From contig CM030332.1 of assembly GCA_017654855.1 (NCBI GenBank), positions 2,356,001-2,420,000 on the forward strand: a stretch of DNA of 64,000 nucleotides, written 5' to 3'. The notes beneath the pieces were generated by a model that saw nothing but the letters and a program-made list of their open reading frames with translations, did no database searches and was not told the DNA's origin. This DNA is from Podospora anserina (Eukaryota). The position numbers were made by a program, and so were the translations under genes. Shown piece after piece: positions 24,085 through 37,274 of the stretch (the first letter of the stretch is position 1; every line of letters begins with the position of its first letter).

Positions 24085-24886
24085 GGAGGCTGATGTCAGA
24101 GCTGTTGTGGTAGGAAAATGGCTTGGCTTAGTAGGGTTGGTGTTGTTCTATACTGTGTAATGAGTTTGGGAGTTTCGCTGATGAATCACGGTCTTGGAGA
24201 ATGGGAAGATCAGGGTTTAATAAAAGACTAATTGTATTCGTGGATGGCGAAGACAAAGCCTCAACTTGCTTGTAGGAAAGCAATGCCTCCAATCGAGTTG
24301 AGGCGGGTTCAAATAGTGACTTGTATGAGTGAAGGCGATCTGAGACGAAAGGATACACACCTACGGACTTCCACACTGTTCTGATACCAGTAATGTTATC
24401 GTGGAAAGAGAATCAGCACACTTCGTCCCAGCCTCATGTGCATTTTCAACCACTTTCACCACTTTCCCTAACATTATCCAAACCTCTAGCCCTTCCACTA
24501 ACCATATCCCACTCAGGCAGTGAATAATTCTCCTCGATAACAGTCTTCCCCATGTCGTTGTATCTTCAAATCAACAATATTCAACCATCACATCACACTA
24601 AGCAAGTCAACACAGCGGTTTAAACAAAAACTATCAATCACTTAGGTATACAAAACCCCCCCGCCATACCTATACAATTTCCCAATCTTTTTTCCCAACC
24701 ATCGGTATCCAGCCAGCCCCCCATATCTCTATATCCAACCCCACAATATCAATCTGAAAAAAAATGCCCCCTGGGCAAGACGGGTGTGCTATGTGCAGGT
24801 GATTATACACAGGCTCATGCCACTCCCACCCAAAATATGATCAGTGAGAAGAGAGTGCAAAAGTAAACACAAGAAGAAAAGTAAAA

Positions 24887-27800
24887 CTACTCCCAAGTAA
24901 TCTCCCACCCCTGCACCCAAGCACCACCAGAAAACTTCTCCTTCAGCTCAAACAACTCCAACACACACCTCCCCGCATCATAACTCCAATGCTCCTGCTC
25001 CAGCACCTCACCATCAAGCCACACCTGCTTGGGCTCGTGCTCCAGACCCATGACCGTGGCGTTGCGAAGGGGGTTGGTGTCCGGGTAGTTACCCAGCGGC
25101 TCGACCTTGAGGAAGTTGTTCGAGGCAGTAAACTACTCCCATCATTAGCACCATATTCATCACCTCAAATGTTTGCAACAGTCACTTACCGAAATCCAGC
25201 TCACCTCCTCCGGCTCCAGACTGACCCCATCATCCAAATACAACTTCCCCTCCGCCCGTCCAGTCCCATCCAATCCCACCAACAGTCCCCAAGGATTCTG
25301 CCTACTCTCCGCTGTAGTCATTCCAGGTTCCTGCAACGGAACAACCTTCCCACCCCTCACATAGACAGGAATATGCCCCAACTCCGCCCCAATAGTGACA
25401 TTCTCCCCGGGTCCAACCCCATAACTCACCTTCCCCTTGGTATACCAATCATACCACACCTCCCCCTCTCCCACCCCGGGGAAAACTCCCTTCACCGTAT
25501 CCGCCCCCTGCTCCAAACAGGGCGTAACCATAATCGCATCTCCCAACATGAACTGCCTGTCAGCATCAGCAAGCCACGGCTCATTGGGAAACTCCCACGC
25601 AAGAGCACGCATGACGGTGCTGCCAGCGAGAGAAGCCTGGGTCATGAGCGTGTACATATACGGCAGCAGCGCATACCGTATCGCCATCGCCGACTTGGTA
25701 GCGTCAATCACACTGCTCCACCTGTACGGCTCCTGGTCAATCGCCCCCATCGCATTGTGATTCCGATAAAAGGGGAAAAACGCGCTGAGCTGCATCCACC
25801 GCGAGCAGAGCTCATAGTTTGTGTTGCCGTTGAAGCCGCACGTGTCGACCCCAAACATGGGGAAGCCAAAGATGGAGAAGGACAGTGCTTGCGGGATGCT
25901 AAAGTACAAAAATGCCCAGAGGGCCTCATTGTCACCGCCCCAGTGGCCAGCCCACTTGCCTGAGCCGGCGAAGGTGCCGCGGCCGATGATGAAGGGGCGG
26001 ACGCCCTTTTGGACTTGGAGCAGAGCTGAGTAGGTCGCGTTGAGGACTTGGTGACCGAAGAGGTTGTGGAAATCGTACTCGAGATAACCGCCATTATGCG
26101 TCGAGTTCGGGCTCAGGGCGTGGACTCCTATGTCGCCATGATAGTTGTTGATCACGTACGGGGGCCAGTTGATGTTTCTTGCGCCAGGAGTGGGTGTGCT
26201 CCGGTAGAAGTTCTTCGTTGTTGTGGTTGTGGTGACGGTGGGGACGGCGGTCGCGGTTGGCCCGTAGCTCTGGGTGATGATCGCCTTTGTCGCTGAGATG
26301 GCTTCGGTTTCGTTTGTCTTCGCGAAGCCTTCGGGGTATCTCAAGACAAGATTACCAGGCTCACCGGGCAGCTTGAAGGGCGGATGGGCAGGATTGAGTG
26401 TCAAGTTTCCGGTGCCGCAGCTGCCAACGCAGAAGGAGGCAACTTCGGACATGTCGATCCAGATACCATCGAACTGGACATGTTAGTATTGTCTTATTCA
26501 TTCACATATCATCATGGGAAACTCACCGAGATATTCTTGCTCCACCTCGAAATCTCATCAATCCACCAGTCGATAGTCCCAGCCTCACCAAGCACAGCAC
26601 CAACCCAGTCAGGAAAAACCGTATAACCAGGCCACACAGCCCCATAGTAAATCGACCCATCAGGATTCTTCACAAAGGCATCTGCCTCCAGCCCCCGCTC
26701 ATAGGTAGGATAGCGATCTTCCTCATCCTCTGGGTTAGGCGCATAGATGGCAGAGTCAACAATGGGAACCCAGTGTTGGTGATTCTTGTGAAGCCTGTTC
26801 ATGAACTCCTCTCCTTCGGTGTAGTTCCAGGTATCATGGTCGTTCTCAAAGTCACGGTACTTCTTCATGTAGTCGATATCGGCTATATCCACATGTCAGT
26901 TCAGAAAACCTTTTGTCGGAATATGAAGGGAAAGAAAGACCCACCCCAGACCGTCTCAAGCGGAATCTCAAACTTTGCAAAGTTGTCAATAACCTCTTGC
27001 AAACGTTGCCAGCCAGTATAGCCCCAGCGGCACTGATGGTATCCCAAAGTCCAGTACTGCTGCATAGCCGGAAGGCCAACAGCGCTCTCTTGGTACTTGG
27101 TCGTGACATCTTCAGCCCGAGGACCGCTGTAAAAATAGAGATCGATGCTGCCACCAAGTGTTCTCCAAGTAATACCAGGTTGCCGCAGAAGCACCTCTTG
27201 TGGATGAGCGTTGCGAAGATAGACACCATGTGTATACGATGTGTATCTGGCCGTCTTGTCGTCGGCATAAGGCGCATATGTCAATTTCCCCGACTCATCG
27301 GTGGTGAAGTATCTTGTGTCATGATAGATAGGATGACTGCCATAGATGTTCCAGTCGATGTCGTTGCCAACATCTGCCGCAAAGAGTGTCCCTAGCCTGT
27401 GTGTAAGCTATCTCGCCTGAGCATTGAATATACTTGGTGGTACTTACTGGTGAGATTGTTGCCCAAGCGGAAGCCATGAATAACTTCACCGAGACCATAC
27501 AGGTTGTAGCTCTCGGGCAGAGGGGACACAAACTCGATGAACTGATCTTCGTAGACGAGCTTGCTCCCCTCGGTTGTAAAGAGCGTGTCGTCAGTTGCCT
27601 TTCGCTTCACCGTGAAGGAGAATGTCGGGTCGTTTGACCACGAGACCACAAAGTCGCTGTTGTGCTCCTCGCAAAGAGGATCGTTTTGAGGTTTTGGTAT
27701 CAACACTTCGGGTAATCTGAACCACGTTTCATTCTCCTTCGAGATGTACCGTGGCTCAATCTGAAGGTGAACCCTTTCGTTGGCCTGAAACTCCACCAGT

Positions 27801-28138
27801 AAGGAGAGGTGCTCGATGTCGTTGCCGTAGACGTTGCATGCTGGGCCGGCAAGGTCAAGATCGGCAGTAAACCCGTTTTTCGTGTTTTGGACGTTGGATG
27901 CAGAGTACCCAGGACATACCAGCTGCGGGTTAGCGGCAAGGGGGTCGTCTATGTTGGCTTCAACGTCCTTCCCTTTGTCGGCAGACGCAGGGACTGTGAA
28001 CTGTGGGACTGAGCTGGTGGTGGGAGACGCCGTCTGAAGAAACTTGGCCGGGACCACTGGTGGCCCCTTGTGCCCAGAAGTACCACTCGGCAGCAACGAC
28101 GAGGTCAAAAGGAGCGATATCGAAGTAAGCAAAGCCAT
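24887..28138 (-). CDS. Secreted GH31 alpha-glucosidase; exons 28138-27448, 27391-26945, 26882-26527, 26473-25190, 25132-24887
   Basis: Signal peptide after GCCACCATGG; LYGLGE, GYHQCRWGY, catalytic WIDMSE, HWGGDN, RWMQLSAFFPFYRNHN. Confidence 0.93.
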
Positions 28139-28603
28139 GGTGGCTAGCAACGAAGTGGCTTTGGAAAGGATGCCTTGTCTGGGAACCCTGCGGTTGTACA
28201 ATTTGAAGCCCAAACTAAGAGCAGCGACAAAGACGAGGACTTCCACCTTGAAATAGTCCTGGCCGAAGTCGAGCCCCAGACCCAGATGTGAGGATACGCG
28301 AGCATCTTCGAAGTCTAGACCGGCCCGTGACTCGGAAGAAGCAGTTGGGAGCTCGCTGGTTCCTGGCTCCAAACTCTGATGGTCCCAGGTGATACTGTTA
28401 CCGGCAAATAACTCGGCCGAAGCCAAGGTACTGTTGAAAGCCATAACGAGTGAGAAGAGCGCCAAAAGGGGCGAGCACAGCGGAAAAGGGGCTCTCGGGG
28501 CCGACGCTGACCGGCGACTGAAAGAAGACTGGACGCCAGTGCCTGTTAACCAAGCGTCACACTACCGTTAATATTCTCCACGCGAGACAAGTAAGGGTAA
28601 CGG

Positions 28604-28617
28604 CGGGAAGAGACCGG
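28604..28617. promoter_or_regulatory. CGG-N8-CGG, possible AmyR/COL-26-type Zn2Cys6 site upstream of the GH31 gene
   Basis: CGG GAAGAGAC CGG about 470 bp upstream of the GH31 ATG; single short match. Confidence 0.3.
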
Positions 28618-29683
28618 AGTCAGGAGGGAGATTGAGTTAAATGAAGGGTCGGCGTGACTGGGGATCACAAAAACCTACACTGACTGTTGACTTTGCCTTG
28701 TGAGGCTCGCCCGCGAAACCACAGCCCTGGGACGACATGGCTCTAGTAACGGTGCCCAACAGTGTCGATTTCACCGTTTGTCTCTGTGCTGGCGTCCGTG
28801 TGTTGGCTGTACCAAGTTTGGGGTGTCCCCTTATGCGTAGTGGTAGATGCAGGCGGATATGGTCATGCATGTCGACTGTCATCGCCATGATTGCTGGTCC
28901 AAGTCAATTGATTCGTGTTGGTCTTCCTGTTCTCAACCCGACCCGATAGAATTCAGTTTTGCAATAATCTTCGACATCTGCCGCGTCCCTTGATTGAGAG
29001 GCAAGCTCCAAAACCTGATCTTAGCGTGACTTGAGCTGTGGCGGTTTAGTTTGTCTGCGGAAGCTCGACCGGTGACTGGGCCGATCAGTTGACCACAGGC
29101 GCGGGGTTATCTGCACAGTGTTACTTGCCAATAAGGTTTGTGGCAGGGCGCATGAAACCTGCTTTGGTGGGTTGGCAAGGAAAGAGAGCCGTCTACGGCC
29201 TCATGACCCTTTGTTGACATCCACCGCATATAGACATGTAGGTAGCCTATGACCGGTGACGGGCGCTGTGTGAGAGTAACAGATAGAGAGTAACAATATG
29301 AGTGTATTTACTTGAATGCCCACCTCTGATGCTTTCTGTCTTGTGTCCTGTTGTGCCTCCCCTCCTTGCGCCTTTGCTCAGTCAACACGAGAGGAAAACT
29401 GCTTTGTTCCTCGGATATCATCCCAAGTTTGTTAAACGCCGAAGCCCTAGCCCATAACAACAACCATGTTTGTCAAGAATTGTTTGATCCCCAATAAAAT
29501 CCCAAAAAAAAGTGGCGAGCCCAAATATTTAGTATCCCAAAGCTGGCCGAGATTAATGCCCCCAAACTCCGTCACATCAAAAACTCCGTCGCTGATATCC
29601 ACAACGCTGGTCCGGATATATATCATGATACAAATAGGAAAACCGACAATCGAGTTGACCCCACGGTACAAAAAGCAAAATCA

Positions 29684-31536
29684 TCAGTAACTGAAATCGA
29701 CATGGCCTATTGGAATCGGTAGCTTATCGTCCTGCGAGGATGTCGTCGCCGTATTCGTCGAGCTTCCGCCTGTTTCTGACTGTGATTCGCTGCTGCGTGA
29801 TTGTTGCAGCTCGAGCTGTGGTTCCTGAGGAGGAATGCCACTGTCGGAGAAGCCGAAATCTCGCATCTGCTGGAAACTCCAGCTCGGTTCGAATCGTCGA
29901 CTGTTCCACGCATGGTCCACCCTCTCGTACATTTCGTCGATCTGTTCCAAGCTGATCTTGCTCGTCTCGTAGACCATAAACCAGACAAAGGCGATCGAGA
30001 GAATGCAGAATGCGCCCCAGAGAAAGAAAATGCGAGATCCGAGATCGATTGACCGGGACCCTTCGATTCTATTTGTGTCCACCATGTAAGGGGTCCCATA
30101 GGCAATGCCAAAGTTCAAAAGCCAGTTGGAGGCGGTAGAGACGGACATCGACTTCGCGCGTACCTTCAGCGGATAGATTTCTGATGTGACGACCCAAACC
30201 ACGGGACCCCAGGAGGCTGCGAAAAAGAATATATATATGGCCACGAAAATGATGAGGATGCGGCTCTGCGTCTCCGAATTGCTTCCGTTGGCGGTAGCGA
30301 ACGAGGCAATCAAGAGTTGGCAGATGGCCATGCCGGCGGCTCCGACAATGAGCAGCCTTCGTCTACCCCACGATTCGACGACGAAGAGACCCGGCAGCGT
30401 CGAGACCATGTTAATAATCTGCATGATGAGGGTGATGAGATAGGGGTCGTCGACACCGCCCTTTTGAAAGAAGTCGGTGCCATAGTACATGATGAAATTG
30501 ACACCTGTGAGCTGCTGGAGCATTTGCAGCCCGCAGCCTGTTAGTGTGCGGCGACCCAGATGTGGTTCGCCAAAGAATATATCTTTGTAAGTGTCAGGGC
30601 CAAGAGCTAGTTCGTACTCATGGTTTGCCTGGATTTCTGCGAGCTCCTCGATGAGAGCAGGGTGGGTGATGTCGAGCCGACGTAGACGGCTGAGTGAAAG
30701 AGCAGCGGCATCTTTGTAGCCGCGCTTGATAAGATAACGGGGCGTCTCCGGTAGGATCAGCAGACCAAGGGCCAAAACAACAGCCCAGGTAAGCTGAAGA
30801 CCAATGGGGATGCGATACGCGGCGGCCCCTTTCATATTATGAGTTAAGATATTGACGCCGGCAGCAGCAAATAGACCGGCCGTGATTGATAGCTGGTAGG
30901 CGCAGACGAGCGTTCCACGCACCCACTTTGGTGCCATCTCAGACTGATATAATGGGACAAGAACTGAGACAACGCCCACTCCAATGCCCGCCAGTGTTCT
31001 GATGAGATCAAGTCAATACAAGTCACACTTTGAGGGATGAATTGGACACCAAAAGGGAAAGTGTTACGAACCTCCCGATAACAAGAAGGGCCACATTTGT
31101 CGCGCACACCTGGAAGATAGCACCAACACAAAACACCCCCAGGGCGGCAATAAGTGAGAGCCGTCTGCCCCATAAGTCACCTATTGGCGCCGATATGAGT
31201 GCTCCCACCATCGTTCCTGCACTCAGCATTGCCACAATCAGTGACACTTGGCTTGGGTACATGCCGGGTACTCCCTCCTTGTCGAAGTAGCCGGTGGTGA
31301 AATCCTTCTTGAACGACTCCATCGCCAGAATACCGTTGATCGACCTGCATGCACCAAACGGCTCAGCCAAAAGTCCCTCCAAATCCTAGCGCGTCCGACC
31401 AAAATGGCGCCGAGTCGACTTACCCGGTGTCATATCCAAACAAGAGCCCGCCTGTGGCTACAAAGAGCGATAAAAGGATGGCCGGCGCCGAGGTGCCGGC
31501 GACGTTTGCTGGCTTTCGCCAACCGAAGCCCACCAT
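29684..31536 (-). CDS. rco-3: MFS glucose transporter/sensor RCO-3-like; exons 31536-31424, 31344-31072, 30998-29684
   Basis: N-terminus GWRKPANVAGTSAPAI..GGLLFGYDTG like Neurospora RCO-3; sugar-porter motifs GRR, PETPR, QQLTGVNFIMYY, YETSKISLEQID; C-terminal tail ending HVDFSY. Confidence 0.88.
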
Positions 31537-34535
31537 GACTGCGATTGGAGCGCCTTCATGAAGGGCTCTTCAGAACAGCGTCGAGCGCGGGGGTTTCCAC
31601 CAGGATTGGGGGTCTCCGGACAATCGAGGATATGGTTGTTATTCGACCATGGGGAGCGGTTTGGGTCGTTTCGAGGTGGGAAGGTGGGCGGCGAACGGGT
31701 TTCGACGATGAGATGAACAGTTGAAAGGGTGCGTCCAACAACTGGGATGGTGGACGGGAGTACGTTGAAAGTGGTGGAGAAAGGACCGCCGCCCACCTGA
31801 TTGATGGGCAGCGGAGACTCTGCAAACGTCTGATTGGCTGCACATCAAGACTAGCCCGCTTGGGAATAGCTGTGACCAGAAGGTGGGGCTGACCCGGCTT
31901 TGACTAGCGTGGTGGGGACTCGGCCTGCGCCAAGCCCCAGTCTCGCTCACCCCAGACCCAAATCCGACTTGGGTTCAGCAACGGGCCTCTCGGCTACATT
32001 GAAAATGTCACTCTGTCGGGTTGACAGCTGTGAGAATGCGGTGCTTCTGCGTTGCCTTTGGTAAGAATTTTCCCATTTTTTCTGACCTTGGTGTTGTTCT
32101 GTCCTTTGCCGCTGACCTATGGGATTCATCCGAGTACGAGGTAGACAGACTATATGAGGCTATCTCTGTCAATTTAGTCCCTATTCCTTGGAATCTGAAT
32201 GCCATGAATTCCCACCGTGGTTAGAACCTTGGTGTCTTGGAAACCTGGGGTTTCACCTGGTGCCGTGGTCCATGTGTAAGCCCTCGGTCCCTCTCTTTCA
32301 CGCGCCTCACCAGGCGGCCCCAAAAGCCATCCTCGCTCCCGCTTTCCCAATGCTTCATAGCGGGCGCCCAGCTTCACGCTGGCTTCAGGGGGGGAGACCA
32401 GACCACCAATCGCCAAAGGAACTGCATGATAAATTAATAACTGACCCAGAGTGTGAGCAGAAGGCCACACACACACCATCACATCAACCACACCATTGTC
32501 CCAAGAATCTCTATGCTTTGGAAACGCGCGGCGGGTGCTCTGAAGCCATTGGCTGTCAAGATGGTTGTGCCGCAGCCGGGAGCTGCCCCCCCAGGCTTGC
32601 AGCTTGCAGTCCTCAAATCCTTTGACTGCGTGTTTTTGCTTTTCCCTTCACACCTCTTGACTGTTCGCCGGCTATGCTCGTTTGGGACTCCTAGACAGGT
32701 CATAGCAACACTGCTGGTTCGTGAACCCCAGCCACTAGCTTGCGTCGAGGGGGCAGCAAAAGAAGGAAATGCGGGTCGCTTTTATCACAACTTCCAAGGT
32801 TGAGGCATTCACATCGCTACAATTTTCATCATTCGCTGACCCAAAAGGTGCAGGAGACGCCCGATATAGGAGATGCAGGAGCTTGCATCAATATTCCCAC
32901 AGCATTTCCAGCCACCTTGCTTCAGGTGAGTCTCTGTCTAGGAACACTCCGATCCTGAGAGGGAGGGGGGACCACGATCGGGTCAATGGGCAAACAGTTT
33001 GGGATTTCACGAGGCACGGGTGCTGGTTGTTGCGGCACGATGCTCATGCTCAACCAGTGTTGATTTGTGCTGTCTGTTTGGTATCGGTCTTTTGGTAGGT
33101 CTGAGTTCCGATACGCTCAGGATCTGGTGGAACAGGTCACAGATAACATTAAGGTCCTCAAACCCTCTTACTGACATGAATTTCTTTGGCAACACCCGGT
33201 TCCGGTGCATCCGACATTGGCGGCTCGTGAGAGCACACACTCACAAGCTTTTCCAGTCCGCCCTTTCCCTGTACTTTTGACTGGCTCATTTGCCTAGAAA
33301 CGTGTCACCATGAACAGCATGGATCTCGGAATCAGATCCTGCAGAGTCCCTTTGTGCAAGAGAGGTTGTACAAGGTTGTTGTGGTAAACACAATATCAAG
33401 CACCCGTCTGCCCAGGAAGTGGGAAGCGAAGGCGAAGCGCGATGGCCAAGAAACTTGGGATCGGAGTTCTGCTCCTCATCCTCCCCAAGACCCAGCCACT
33501 ACGTCTCTTGTTTGGTGAGAGGTGGTGGCTTGATATGCGCAGGCACTAGCGTGAAACCTGTATACAGTTCGACCAGGAGAGTCCTCACACCACTGTTGTT
33601 CGGTTGGGAATAGCGCCCATCGCAAAGCCACAAGAGGTTTATGCACGGCTTACTGTGTGAAGTCCGTAGAAACGAACGGCACGATAGAACACATGACCAT
33701 GTAATCTGTCTCAAGTCACCCTGACCTCATGATTTGCTGGGTTTTGATTATAAGCATGTTGTGGCACACCTAAGTTTGTGGTGTCTCTTCAACTTGCTCT
33801 ACCAGGGGCTTGCCGCATGTGCGAGGACAAGCTTGGAATGTGTCAACATGAGTGTCACAGTGGAGAACTCACGTGTATCAGCTGGTGGATGAGACCAAAT
33901 ACCAGGAACATAAAAAGAAAGACATTCGTAACAAGCAGCTCAAGGCGAGGCCGAGGCCCGAAAGCAGCCGGTGGCTTGGAGTAAAGGGCAATCGATATGT
34001 CTTGGATGAAATGTTCTTGATGCTTCAGATGACTTTCGACTTTCTTCTTAAAACCTTTGGTCTTATACCGTCTCTGCCAGCACGAGGATTGAACTTTATA
34101 CGAAGTGAAAACCTAAGGTGTGTAGACTCCCAGAGCTCTAGAAGAATTCGACGCTTCCGAAACTGCTGAGGTGATACTACAAAATATAAATGCCCTCTTC
34201 TGCTGTTCCAGATGTTCAAAGCATTGTTTTTTGCACCTAAGGTAGTGGGATGTTGTCAGAGCAATTCAGGGGTCAATTGCCTTGGCAGTTTGTGCCGAGC
34301 GGGAAGGCCCCGCTAAATTAACTCTCGCGTCCACTGCGAATCGGCGGGGTCCCCACCGATCAACGGCGCGTCTTTTGCTTTGCGATTCAAGCTGGAGCGC
34401 GTCACTCTTCAAGGTCCCCACCGCAGACACCGAACAGCAGTTCGCTACACCACATCTTCCCGAAACATTGGGACCCCAGCATGTAATATTGTTTGAGCGC
34501 AACATATTCTAGGACCGAGAGGACGACTGGGAAGG

Positions 34536-37105
34536 ATGGCGACAAGTATGTGCCTCATGCTAGGCTTAACCAGTGCTTGTACCATAGCTAACAAAACCAA
34601 GGACAGGAGCGCATTCGAGATCGGATGCGCGGTGCTGGGTGAGTATTTTCCCTACGACATCTGCTCAGAGGACCCAATTAACGTCAACAATTATAGTCGT
34701 CATGAAGTAGGGGATGACCTAGACTTTGGCTTTGTGATTCCCATCGCCACAGAACCGGAGCCAGAAGAGACAATCGAGGAAGAGCTCCCAGATGCTTCAC
34801 CACTACCGCCACCTCCAACCACCAGCCGACCAACTCCTAACACATCCGCCAAGCGAATACACCTCGACCGCGATGGCGTTGCGCAATCCTCCCCGTCTAT
34901 GGGCCCCAGCCCCTCTCGTTCTCCCCGCCCTCCCCGGTCTGTATACAGTATACCCGACGGCACCAGTACCGAAAGATCAGCCTCACTGCCACCACGTTCT
35001 CCAGCGTCTGTTCGAGCTCAGGGCTCTTCTCTTCGCCATATGACCCGCCCCCCAGCTTCGGATGAAGTTGAAGAGGCTGAAAATGAGGAGGACCACGACG
35101 TGACTATGCACGACTCGCAACCCGAGCCAGAGGCCGTAGAGGAGGATGTCGACATGGAAGATGCCCCTCCAGCACCATACCCGCGATCCGTTCAAAGAAC
35201 CGCACAAAAGCAACGAGGTCCGCTCTCCTCTGTCATTGCGGCGACAAAGCGGATTACTATCCACACTTCACCCGAGGAGCCAACGCCAACAGTGGAGGAG
35301 GTAGTCATGGAAAGCCCGGCTGATGCACCTGGCAGTGGGAAGCGGCAAAGGACTATCTTGCTCGATCGGAATAGCCCAGTCGTGGGGTCGAGTACGTTAT
35401 TGCACAAGGTTTTGGAGGATCTAGATGAGACTACTCAGCAAAACCCTGGAGGTATCCCGGCAAGTTCTTCACCAGTAGAAAGGAGGGTTAGAACGAGGAT
35501 ACGAAAGAGCGCAGAGATGAGGAAGATGTCGGAGAGTATGAGTATGAGAGGGAGTACAATGTCCGTGACGTCTCCTACGTCTTCGAGGGGCAAGAGGAGG
35601 AGTCCAAGGTTGAGGTCGAGCAGTGTTGTTGAAGGTGAGGAGAATGCAGCTGAGGATGTGGATGTCCCGGATGCCGTTGAGGAAGAGGAGCCAGAGGAAG
35701 AGGAGGAGGAGGAGGAGGAGGAGGAGGAGGAAGGAGAAAGGGAGCCTGAGGCGGAGGAGTCAGCTGTGCTTGGGGCAGATGATGATGATGTGGCCGATGC
35801 GCCAGAACCAGAGCCGGAACTACCGGAGCCAAAACCAGAGGCCGTAGAGGAACCAGAGGAGAAAGAGGCTGAAGAGATTGGTGTGCAAGAGGCTACTAAA
35901 CGAATAGGGAGGAAGCGGCCTACTCGCCGAACCGCCCCTGCTCCTTCACCAGAGCTAGGCTCAGACCAACCACCAATGCCGGTGGCAGAATCACCAGCAC
36001 TGAGAAAACGGCGAAGGAGGGAGGCGGTGGCCAGTCCAGCACAGCAACAGCAGCCTGTCAAGAAGGTACGGACAGGCAAACAACCACCTAAACCACAGCT
36101 TCCACAACACTCATCGCCAGCACAACCTTCACCAGCGCAGCCTTCACCAGCGCAGCCTTCACCAGCGCAGCCCTCACCACGACAACCCTCCCCGCGACCA
36201 CCAACACGCCGATCACAGTCCAAAGTTCAAGAGAAGTCCAAGCCAAAACCAAAACAACAGGCCAAAAAGCCACCAGCAAAGAGGAAACCAAGAACCAACT
36301 CCGACGATGCGGAGGGAAAAGACTTTGGAGATAAAGTCTCCGGCTCCGTCCCCATCACAGTCCAACGGTTCAGCAAGCCCCACATCGACCCTGAAACCGA
36401 AGCTGACGACCTCGACGATGATGAAATTCAATTTTCTCACCGCGGTCCGGGCGTCCATATTCTCGATGTGCTGTCCAAACTCTGCGACGAAATGGCCGAG
36501 AATTACATGGGGAAACTCCGCGCAGCAGAGGAAGCGGCGGAGGATGCCGCCACAAGAAGGGAGAAGAAGGTGATGCTGAGAGCCTTGGAAGCCTTTCATA
36601 GGGAGTTGATGACAAAGCTTTTGGATCACACTATTGCCCTCGATCAGCTTCATGGCTTGCGCAAAAGGGTCAAGGCGGTGCAGAAGGAGAAGATTGCGAT
36701 GAGGGATGAGATCATGCGGGTTAGGGCGGAGAGGGAGCAGGTCGCGTTGAGGATGGATGCGATCAGGATGAAGCATGAGGTGGAGAGCAGGGAGGCGTTG
36801 GTATGTTGTTTTGCTATTGATACAATCGTTATCGGTGACCAAGATTGCTAATTTGTTGGCAGCGACACATCTCTCTCTCGTCGGCCATGCATGATATTGA
36901 TCTTGCGGTGGAAAAGGCGCAAGCAGCACCAGAGCTGTCTGCCGCTGAGCAAAAGAAGGCCGATCTCGCCAATTTTGAACTACTGGTCAGCCGAGTAGCT
37001 GATCAAGCCAGCTCGAAGAGCGATGGTGGGGGCACGTTGAAGCAAATCAAAGAGTTCAATGCCTTTTTAGAAAGAGCGGCTGCGGCGATGGAGAAAAGGA
37101 GGTAG
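34536..37105 (+). CDS. Probable inner kinetochore CENP-U/Ame1-like protein; exons 34536-34545, 34602-34638, 34697-36800, 36863-37105
   Basis: Spliced N-terminus MATRQERIRDRMRGAG; long acidic/Pro disordered region with SPAQP repeats; C-terminal VPITVQR..DVLSKLCDE..coiled coil. The CDS is solid; the family call is from recalled similarity. Confidence 0.65.
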
Positions 37106-37274
37106 CAATACTTCTCACCGCCATTACTGCCATGATATATACAACATGGCCCGTTGATTCGGCCAGTTTTTGACGCCAAAAATGAGCAACGATTTGAACG
37201 AGATCTCTTGTACAAACATTCAACCATGAAGACCCTCATATTCTTACATTTTCCCGTCCCCTTCCCAAGCTAAC

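Noticed and set aside
34536-34696. ORF-track N-terminus MATSMCLMLG.. of the 771-aa ORF
   Set aside because: Reads through two canonical introns (56+58 nt) that happen to sum to a multiple of three
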